From a virus (Duplodnaviria; Caudoviricetes): a DNA stretch of 41,514 nt. The DNA lies in IMG/VR virus record IMGVR_UViG_3300047275_000229, positions 1 to 41,514 of that record; one strand, written 5' to 3'. Made by a program: the position numbers and the translations under genes. Below, one piece after another: positions 35,421-41,514 of this stretch. The first letter of the stretch is position 1; the number at the start of each line of letters is the position of its first letter. The notes below the pieces were generated by a model. It was given only the letters and a program-made list of their open reading frames with translations. It did no database searches and was not told the DNA's origin.

Positions 35421-35619
35421 ACATGATTACATCTGTAATCATTGCTTCGGTTTCATCATGCAGTGGCTGCTCGATTAGAGCAGGAGCATTGTGCTCCTTG
35501 GAGTATATGTGTAGGTAATCGAGAGCCTTGAGTATGTACTGCGCCACTCTTGGCGAGAGTGGTGGTTGCACATACGGTTGGTCTAGCTTGTCTAAGTATT
35601 TCTGTAGTGGGTTTGTCAT
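35380..35619 (-). CDS. Hypothetical protein
   Basis: GGAGG RBS, ATGA overlap. Confidence 0.7.
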   Translation of the reverse strand: MTNPLQKYLDKLDQPYVQPPLSPRVAQYILKALDYLHIYSKEHNAPALIEQPLHDETEAMITDVIMYAPEEDEDGETTR

Positions 35620-36584
35620 GCTACCTCCTGTGTTACTAGGTCAAGAGCTTTGCTCTTGAGTTTATCGTACTTGCCTGAGATAACTCGCTCTGCACGAGTA
35701 GCCTCGGACTTGTGTGAGTTCCAGTCTAGGTATTCGACGATTGCTTGGAACGCGCCGAACGCAGTCCCTCGGATGTTCTCCTGTGAGCTTGAGTTCTGGT
35801 AGATGTTGAGCGCTGTATAGCGTGAGTCCTTCACTCGGTTCCATGTTCGTCGCTCGCCAGTTGTGAGTTTGGCATACGGTGTCTTCTCGATTGCAGATGG
35901 TAGTGTCCACATCTTATTAAAGATGTTCTCCACTTGTGTATCTGATACCGATACATTGAGTAACTTATCAGCGACAAGTTCGTATGTTTCGATGCCAGTG
36001 TAGATTACTTGCAACATGTTACGCATCTGCTCCACGTTGAGTCGAGCATTGGTTGTGTGATGCAAGGAATACTTGCAGTTCTTGCGGAAGATTCCACTGA
36101 TTTGATTCGAGCAGAAGAGTCGATTGACCAGTGGTGTTACACCTAGTGAGCACGAACCATCGTGTGATGTACGAGCTAGTAGGTATGCAGCGTGTGGGTC
36201 GTTGGCAATCTTGACCTCACGAGGTAGTTCGAGAAGCATCCAGACTTGAGCACCATCTCGCAGTTCACCTGCGTTTGCATATCGTGCTTCGCCTGAATCA
36301 ACTAGTGCATCCAGTGCAGAGAACATCTCTCCATTCTGGAACACCTTGTATCTTGAACCGACAGTGCCAAGCACTGTCTGCCCACCGTCCTTGTCTGTAC
36401 GGACAGTGGCATATGTGTCTGGAACTTGGAGTCTACTGACTCCGTCATCACTGACGGAGATAGCCTCCAGTTCAGCGAGAGATACATGCCAGTCAAGTCC
36501 TGCTTGCTGCGCTGCATCTTGTGCGGATGTTGCGGTTACTGCTGAGCCAGCAATACTTGCTGACATTCTGCGTGTTGTAGTCAT
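35616..36584 (-). CDS. DUF932 / TIGR03299-like protein
   Basis: AGLDW.V, VGSRYKVFQN, SHDGS, RLFCSN, GTAFGAFQAIVEYLD; GAAAGGA RBS before MTTTRR. Confidence 0.85.
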   Translation of the reverse strand: MTTTRRMSASIAGSAVTATSAQDAAQQAGLDWHVSLAELEAISVSDDGVSRLQVPDTYATVRTDKDGGQTVLGTVGSRYKVFQNGEMFSALDALVDSGEARYANAGELRDGAQVWMLLELPREVKIANDPHAAYLLARTSHDGSCSLGVTPLVNRLFCSNQISGIFRKNCKYSLHHTTNARLNVEQMRNMLQVIYTGIETYELVADKLLNVSVSDTQVENIFNKMWTLPSAIEKTPYAKLTTGERRTWNRVKDSRYTALNIYQNSSSQENIRGTAFGAFQAIVEYLDWNSHKSEATRAERVISGKYDKLKSKALDLVTQEVA

Positions 36585-36624
36585 TTGTTTCCTTTCGATT
36601 GTTGGTTGGATGGGTGGAAGTATC

Positions 36625-36873
36625 TCACGAGCGACTGTCAAAGTCAACAATTGCTTGGGAGAGTTGGTCATAATAATGACCCATGCTGGTACGTAGCTCG
36701 CCAGTCTCAGACCAGTAAGCCCACCATGTAACGAACGGATGAAGGGGAGATTCATCTGCCCATAGGCAGAGGACTATCCATCCATCGCCTATAGTTTTCT
36801 TGATGTCGAGGATGACTGCGCCATTAGCGCAGGCATCACCTCGCTTCGGTGTTGATTTGATTGCGGTAGTCAT
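36625..36873 (-). CDS. Hypothetical protein
   Basis: GAAAGGA RBS, 82 aa. Confidence 0.7.
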   Translation of the reverse strand: MTTAIKSTPKRGDACANGAVILDIKKTIGDGWIVLCLWADESPLHPFVTWWAYWSETGELRTSMGHYYDQLSQAIVDFDSRS

Positions 36874-36884
36874 ATGCTTCCTTT

Positions 36885-37448
36885 CTATTGCTCTTCGACG
36901 CTGAGAACGCGGGTGTCCTCGACGTATACTTCGGATACTTCTGCATCACCATCGTAGGTAATGTTCGCATCATCAATCTCTAGATTGATTGACTCAGCGA
37001 TTGACTGTGCGTCATCAGATGATGCCTTGTAATCAACAGTGACACGCACCTTGAACTCAACCCATGCTTGGTATTCCTTTTGGAATTGAAGCGGACTGGT
37101 GAAGATGGACTCAAGTATTTCGCTCAGCTCTGCATAGGTGAGCGTGTCATCCTCGTTTAGTTCGTTGTTGTCGATTGTGTCGTTGATTGTTCTGTATAGA
37201 TTGCGAACAAGTTCACGTTGCTTGGTAATCGTGTCACGCAATGTGTTGACTTGTGCTTCTAGCGTTGGGATACGAACATGAACTGGCTCTTCAAGGTCTA
37301 CTACCTTGTAAAGTTTGAACGTGTTGGCATTTGTTTCAGGGTTGATGTGACGCAATGCTACGAGAGCATTAGGGTTATACATCTCCTCAGTTACCTCGTT
37401 TGCTGGAGGCACATAGTCGGTGATGGTTGCTGCGATTGGCGTTTCCAT
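36885..37448 (-). CDS. Hypothetical acidic protein with coiled coil
   Basis: GAAAGGAG RBS before METPIAA. Confidence 0.7.
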   Translation of the reverse strand: METPIAATITDYVPPANEVTEEMYNPNALVALRHINPETNANTFKLYKVVDLEEPVHVRIPTLEAQVNTLRDTITKQRELVRNLYRTINDTIDNNELNEDDTLTYAELSEILESIFTSPLQFQKEYQAWVEFKVRVTVDYKASSDDAQSIAESINLEIDDANITYDGDAEVSEVYVEDTRVLSVEEQ

Positions 37449-37481
37449 TTGGTGTTGCTCCTTTCGGTTAGGGTTGGCTAC

Positions 37482-37508
37482 TAATAAGCACATCTAAAGA
37501 TGTGCTAT
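37482..37508. repeat. Conserved palindrome, copy 1
   Basis: TAATA-AGCACATC-TAAA-GATGTGCT-AT. Confidence 0.9.
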
Positions 37509-37822
37509 AAAGAATCAGGCACGTCTTCTACACGTGTCATTAGATGATTGTTGATTAGGTATTCGAGGACCAGCTCGTCCAGTATTTCGTAGTCAATTCC
37601 GTAGAAATTGCTACCGAAATTTATAGTCCAGTTGTCAGCAAGTATGCGTTCGAACGCATCTTCCTTAGTGGATGTGGCTACCAGTTCATACTCTTCTGGT
37701 CGCATGTAATACATGTCGAGCGTGTGCCAGATAGCAAGGTCGAACATGGATGAACGCCTTACATCATGGTTGTAGATAGATAGTTGCCTATCTATTTCCT
37801 TGATTAGTTCTATTGGTTTCAT
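37505..37822 (-). CDS. Hypothetical protein
   Basis: GGAG RBS; stop codon overlaps palindrome copy 1. Confidence 0.7.
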   Translation of the reverse strand: MKPIELIKEIDRQLSIYNHDVRRSSMFDLAIWHTLDMYYMRPEEYELVATSTKEDAFERILADNWTINFGSNFYGIDYEILDELVLEYLINNHLMTRVEDVPDSL

Positions 37823-37830
37823 TGCTACTC

Positions 37831-38547
37831 CTATCTCTTTGAGATACTGAATCGAATGTCGGACTTACCATCTACGCACAGACGGCATACCGCACACGCT
37901 CCACCCTTTTCGGAGATGAGTGGGATGCGCTTGAGTTGTTCGGGACATGATGCGCCTGGCTTGCCAGTCATGTCAAGCATCGCTGATTTAGCATCAGCGA
38001 ATGTGTCTGCTAGATACGCCACCTTCACACCTTCTGGTGTGAGATGTTTGTTCTCGCTGTCGGTTGAGAAATACAGCGAAAGGTTTGGTATTCCTCGCAG
38101 TATTTCTACTGCGAATGGCACTCTGGTATAGACCCAGAAGTGAACGTCGGGATGCTGTGTAATCACGAGCTCCCACGCATAGGCATACTCAGGTGAGAAG
38201 AAGTCTCCGTCCCAGTGGATACGGAATAGTTTCTCAACACCCTTCTCCGCACACTCATACTTGAATGCGCTGACCATGATGTCAAGCATGACCGCCATGT
38301 CAATTCGGTTGGCATCTTTGAGTGCGTTCCAGTTGTGAAGTAATACTTCACGAACTGATGGATACATCTTCTCAAGTTTGCCCGCATAACAGATGCGCTC
38401 ACAGATACTGGTCGCACCTGGGCATGAGTATTGCTTGCCACTTGGCAGACCGAATGTGTTAGCGATTGCTGACCGCTTGCCATTTGGCGTAGCCAAGTTG
38501 GTTACCTTGCGGTCATGTGACCGCTTTAGACTAGGCAACTTCTCCAT
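37831..38547 (-). CDS. GP88-like protein with radical-SAM-like Cys motif
   Basis: SCPGATSICERICYA, FRIHWDGDF, WVYTR, C-terminal CP...CAVCRLC. Confidence 0.7.
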   Translation of the reverse strand: MEKLPSLKRSHDRKVTNLATPNGKRSAIANTFGLPSGKQYSCPGATSICERICYAGKLEKMYPSVREVLLHNWNALKDANRIDMAVMLDIMVSAFKYECAEKGVEKLFRIHWDGDFFSPEYAYAWELVITQHPDVHFWVYTRVPFAVEILRGIPNLSLYFSTDSENKHLTPEGVKVAYLADTFADAKSAMLDMTGKPGASCPEQLKRIPLISEKGGACAVCRLCVDGKSDIRFSISKR

Positions 38548-38582
38548 GTTTGCTCCTTTCGTTGGTTGATTGCCGACTATTT

Positions 38583-38606
38583 ATAAGCACATCTTTGATG
38601 TGCTAT
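38583..38606. repeat. Conserved palindrome, copy 2
   Basis: ATA-AGCACATC-TTT-GATGTGCT-AT. Confidence 0.9.
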
Positions 38607-38609
38607 TTA

Positions 38610-38867
38610 TTACAGCCATGCCTGTAGGTGATGACCTTCGACAATGGCATTTGCTGGCGCAGTATCTTTGCCACGCCATGTCACTCCCTCTGGGAGTGGT
38701 ATCTCTCTGTCATAGTCCTCGTCTGAGCAGGCATAGATGGCTTCTATACATGGCTCGACCATAGACAATGGCACAGGTGGATAGTGATTGCTTTGCAATT
38801 GGATTGCGATTGACTGTCGAATGTCAAGGACATTCTCTGCTAAGTCGTGTGCTAAATTGCTACCCAT
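38610..38867 (-). CDS. Hypothetical protein
   Basis: GGAGG RBS, 85 aa. Confidence 0.72.
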   Translation of the reverse strand: MGSNLAHDLAENVLDIRQSIAIQLQSNHYPPVPLSMVEPCIEAIYACSDEDYDREIPLPEGVTWRGKDTAPANAIVEGHHLQAWL

Positions 38868-39030
38868 TTGTTGGAACCTCCTCTACTTCGTAGTAAAGTT
38901 CGGCATAGTTTTGGTCTTGCTCCCACTCACCTTGGTCGTGAGCGATTTCGATTGCTTGCTTTTCTGAGTCTGCTTCTACCTCTTGGTAGAACATGAACTC
39001 ACGCTTTTCCCATACGAGATACTTAGGCAT
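38860..39030 (-). CDS. Small acidic protein (56 aa; not in ORF track)
   Basis: AGGAGG RBS, MPKYLVWEKREF...VPTNG*. Confidence 0.68.
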   Translation of the reverse strand: MPKYLVWEKREFMFYQEVEADSEKQAIEIAHDQGEWEQDQNYAELYYEVEEVPTNG

Positions 39031-39616
39031 TCACTTCCTCCTTGTCTTTACATAGGTGTTCGCCCGACTCTTCGTCGAACTTTGCTTCTTCGTATGACTG
39101 GAATCGTTCATCACATTCCCAGCATTTGTATTCGTAAGAATCAGTCTCGACTCCTTCGCCATCTTCCCATTCGATAGTGCCACCGAACCCTTGCTCTTCC
39201 GTCCAGTTCAGCGTGAGCTGCGCGGATGGGTATTGGTTTGCGAGTTTGTCAATGGCATCAACTGGTGGTGACCAAGCGGTATCGAAGGCATAACTGATGG
39301 TCTTACCATCATCTCTAATCGTTCCGCCATAGACATCATTGACATCCCATTTAGTTCCCCAGTTGCGAATGTTCCACTGATACCAGTGGTCAGGTCCATC
39401 TTGCGACTTGCCTTTGGCATCTTCGTATGCTTCTAGGTCTGTTGGCTTGACAATGTTCCAGAAACTGAAAGGTTTTTCAATCCTTTCAGTGCGAGTTTCA
39501 TCCTTGAAATGGTCGTAGTATCGGCGCTCGAATGGCGCAGATACTTGCGCGACTATCTTGTTGATTACCTCTGGCTCGGCAGTGATAATCAGTTCATTGT
39601 TCACCCAGTTAGGCAT
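39023..39616 (-). CDS. DUF1281/YubB ferredoxin-like domain protein
   Basis: MPNWVNN, WYQWNIRNWGTKWD, FDTAWSPP motifs. Confidence 0.8.
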   Translation of the reverse strand: MPNWVNNELIITAEPEVINKIVAQVSAPFERRYYDHFKDETRTERIEKPFSFWNIVKPTDLEAYEDAKGKSQDGPDHWYQWNIRNWGTKWDVNDVYGGTIRDDGKTISYAFDTAWSPPVDAIDKLANQYPSAQLTLNWTEEQGFGGTIEWEDGEGVETDSYEYKCWECDERFQSYEEAKFDEESGEHLCKDKEEVNA

Positions 39617-39956
39617 TGCTTTCCTCCATGTTCTTCACGAGGTCATTGACCTCTGGTTGGTGTTTGTTTGTTTCTTGGATACTGCTAATCACATGATTAG
39701 CAATCAGTTGGAACGGATAGTCACCAGTGCTGAGCATTTGGCGCAGTAGTAAAGCGCCCACCTCTGACACTTTGTCTTCGACAGCGTCTGCCATCTGGTC
39801 AATCAACACATCCCACTCTTCGCGCAGGTATGCGATGGTTGAAATCATGTGGCAGTCCATAGATTTGACATCTTCGACTAGTTGATTCCATGAATCTTGG
39901 TCATTCTCAATGACCAATAGCCAGTCTTGTGCGAATTGTTCTGCTAGTGTGTTCAT
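39609..39956 (-). CDS. Hypothetical protein
   Basis: TAATG-coupled, 115 aa. Confidence 0.7.
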   Translation of the reverse strand: MNTLAEQFAQDWLLVIENDQDSWNQLVEDVKSMDCHMISTIAYLREEWDVLIDQMADAVEDKVSEVGALLLRQMLSTGDYPFQLIANHVISSIQETNKHQPEVNDLVKNMEESNA

Positions 39957-40105
39957 TAGATTCTTCCTTCCACTAAGAGTCCGTCCAAGAAATCACTGAT
40001 TTCTTTTAGGACTTCGGTTTGTTTCGCATTACATACGCCAGAGGCGTAGACATTCATTAAAGTTCCTCGGAACTTGTCAATGTCGTCTTCGGTATAGCCC
40101 ATCAT
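39956..40105 (-). CDS. Small hypothetical protein (49 aa; not in ORF track)
   Basis: MMGYTEDDIDKF...LLVEGRI*, TAATG overlaps at both ends. Confidence 0.62.
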   Translation of the reverse strand: MMGYTEDDIDKFRGTLMNVYASGVCNAKQTEVLKEISDFLDGLLVEGRI

Positions 40106-40185
40106 TAGAACTCACATCCTTTACATTCGGGACGGAGGCAGTCACCGCAGGTGATGACTGCCTCAGTCGATTGGTTATTAGTCAC
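40105..40185 (-). CDS. Putative 26-aa Cys-rich peptide
   Basis: GTG start, TNNQSTEAVITCGDCLRPECKGCEF*, fills the gap with overlaps on both sides. Confidence 0.45.
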   Translation of the reverse strand: MTNNQSTEAVITCGDCLRPECKGCEF

Positions 40186-40366
40186 GAATCAGACCTTCCC
40201 AAAGGTCATCTTCTTCTTTCTTCTTGAGCGCAGCGCGAAGTTTGTCTTCGCCTATCATTCTGCGCCATTCGGTATCCCTACGGATACCGCCCATCAGTGC
40301 TCCAGTTAGGAATGACATTGCCATAAGGCAAAGGAACAGGATTGAGATGATTGTGTCGTTACTCAT
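40178..40366 (-). CDS. Small membrane protein
   Basis: N-terminal TM segment; GGAGG RBS. Confidence 0.7.
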   Translation of the reverse strand: MSNDTIISILFLCLMAMSFLTGALMGGIRRDTEWRRMIGEDKLRAALKKKEEDDLWEGLIRD

Positions 40367-40611
40367 ACGCGAGCCCCTCCTTTCAGTGTGAGGTATGCGT
40401 TAGGTTCTACATCAAGGACCGCCTTCAACACTTTGTTGAAGTCTGGGTATTGACCCATTGCCTTAAGGATTTGCTCAATCTTCTTTGAAGATTTAGCAGT
40501 GTTGGTGGTGATTCGGACTTTCGCGAAGACTCGCTTGTCATCCGCCTTGCTGATGTGAACATTGCCGTTCTTCACGACAGCATTCAGGGTTTCGGTTGCT
40601 ACTTTTCTCAT
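40363..40611 (-). CDS. Basic hypothetical protein
   Basis: GAAAGGA RBS before MRKVATE. Confidence 0.7.
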   Translation of the reverse strand: MRKVATETLNAVVKNGNVHISKADDKRVFAKVRITTNTAKSSKKIEQILKAMGQYPDFNKVLKAVLDVEPNAYLTLKGGARV

Positions 40612-40655
40612 GGTGTTTCCTTTCTGCCGTCGGACTTTCCGATTCGGCGACTTAC

Positions 40656-40692
40656 TAATAAGCACATCTTTGATGTGCTATCTTGAGATGTG
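40656..40692. repeat. Conserved palindrome, copy 3, with extension
   Basis: TAATA-AGCACATC-TTT-GATGTGCT-ATCTTGAGATGTG. Confidence 0.9.
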
Positions 40693-40815
40693 CCTGTATA
40701 CGCGAGCTAGTGTCAAGCAATAGCGGTCGAGTATGTAGTTTGTGATTCGGCGATTAGGTCGTGACCAGTAAAGTCCCTTGACCCAATCGTGGTGCTTAGC
40801 CAGTAGGTTCAGCAT
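40678..40815 (-). CDS. Small hypothetical protein (45 aa; not in ORF track)
   Basis: GAAAGGA RBS, MLNLLAKHHDW...HISR*, stop overlaps palindrome copy 3. Confidence 0.5.
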   Translation of the reverse strand: MLNLLAKHHDWVKGLYWSRPNRRITNYILDRYCLTLARVYRHISR

Positions 40816-40843
40816 TCGATTCCTTTCGTCGAAGTTAGCCCCA

Positions 40844-40881
40844 TAATAAGCAGACCTAAAGGTCTGCTATCTTGAGATGTG
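40844..40881. repeat. Conserved palindrome, copy 4, with compensatory changes
   Basis: TAATA-AGCAGACC-TAAA-GGTCTGCT-ATCTTGAGATGTG. Confidence 0.9.
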
Positions 40882-41023
40882 TGTAGCGCCTACCATTAGC
40901 CCATCCGCTATCACTCGCGATACATACATGTGGCGTATGCGTATACATGCCATGTGTGGCGTATCGTGTCATGTGTAATCACAATACGACACGCCGTATT
41001 TGTGCTCAGTCATCCGTCTGAAT

Positions 41024-41052
41024 TTGACATTCGGGGAGCGTTCCTGTATGAT
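41024..41052 (+). promoter_or_regulatory. Near-consensus housekeeping sigma promoter
   Basis: TTGACA-17 nt-TATGAT upstream of gene at 41094. Confidence 0.8.
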
Positions 41053-41093
41053 TCTCCTCGTCGCTGAATGGTTCAGTCGACAGAGAGGCAGTC

Positions 41094-41360
41094 ATGAAAG
41101 AGACATACTGGGACAGTCACGATTTGCTAGTGAATGTGACAGACGAAATACAGGCAGTTAAGCAGGCATACGGCATTCCTCACCTAGACCATGTGCCAGA
41201 CCATGAGTTGACACCTGCGCGTATGGCAGGGCATGGCGATTTAGTTAAGTTACGCAACGGCGCGGTTGGTATCGTGCTTGATGTTATGGAAGAATACGCA
41301 CAGACAGTGCTCGCGATAGTGGTTAATAGTGGGCGCGTAATTACAAAGCGCGTCCGATAG
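41094..41360 (+). CDS. Hypothetical protein with SH3/KOW-like C-terminus
   Basis: GAGG RBS, own promoter and terminator; GDLVKLRNGAVGIVLDV. Confidence 0.65.
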   Translation: MKETYWDSHDLLVNVTDEIQAVKQAYGIPHLDHVPDHELTPARMAGHGDLVKLRNGAVGIVLDVMEEYAQTVLAIVVNSGRVITKRVR

Positions 41361-41434
41361 ATAGTCAGCGGACACCTCTCCTCCACAATGCGGTGGGGGA
41401 GGGGTTTTTCCTGTAGGAACGAACGATTTTACGC

Positions 41435-41464
41435 GGGGCAGGGGGTGACCTCTGCCCCTTTTTT
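41435..41464 (+). terminator. Intrinsic terminator
   Basis: GGGGCAGGGG-GTGA-CCTCTGCCCC followed by TTTTTT. Confidence 0.75.
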
Positions 41465-41514
41465 GTGTCCGCGTTCGCGAACCCCAGGGTTTTTTAACCG
41501 CACCCACCCCCCAC

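Noticed and set aside
37482-40881. Palindromic repeats as a CRISPR array (with the Cas4-like gene)
   Set aside because: Copies are hundreds to thousands of bases apart and separated by genes; no cas1/cas2; Cas4-like nucleases are ordinary phage recombination genes
41392-41445. G-quadruplex from four G-runs
   Set aside because: Long central loop, and two of the runs are explained by the terminator stem

Overview
The window appears to be a complete or near-complete genome (~41.5 kb) of a tailed dsDNA phage with podovirus-like organisation, opened just before the terminase gene. A WhiB gene, two LysM proteins, mycobacteriophage-like replication genes and moderate GC point to an actinobacterial host, plausibly a low-GC freshwater lineage (inference). 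Layout: (1) 134-25921 (+) terminase, portal, putative internal virion proteins, scaffold, major capsid, adaptor, tail fibres, lysis genes and a nozzle-like gene; (2) 25972-26696 (-) a methyltransferase cassette; (3) 26820-34588 (+) replication and regulation genes: Cas4/RecB-like exonuclease, RecA/DnaB-fold ATPase, WhiB, resolvase, primase, Ntn peptidase, endonuclease VII, sigma-like factor, glycosyltransferase; (4) 34575-40815 (-) putative early genes; (5) a divergent control region and one + strand gene. I recognise no DNA polymerase, integrase, tRNA or CRISPR array. Most notable: four conserved palindromes with compensatory changes upstream of leftward genes; a Cas4-like exonuclease split into two ORFs around a Zn-ribbon gene, with a similar split for the primase and possibly the endolysin; a repeated 13-bp GTGTC-containing motif before -10-like boxes; and a candidate pseudoknotted RNA upstream of the scaffold and capsid genes. 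All calls come from reading motifs and synteny; no searches were run.
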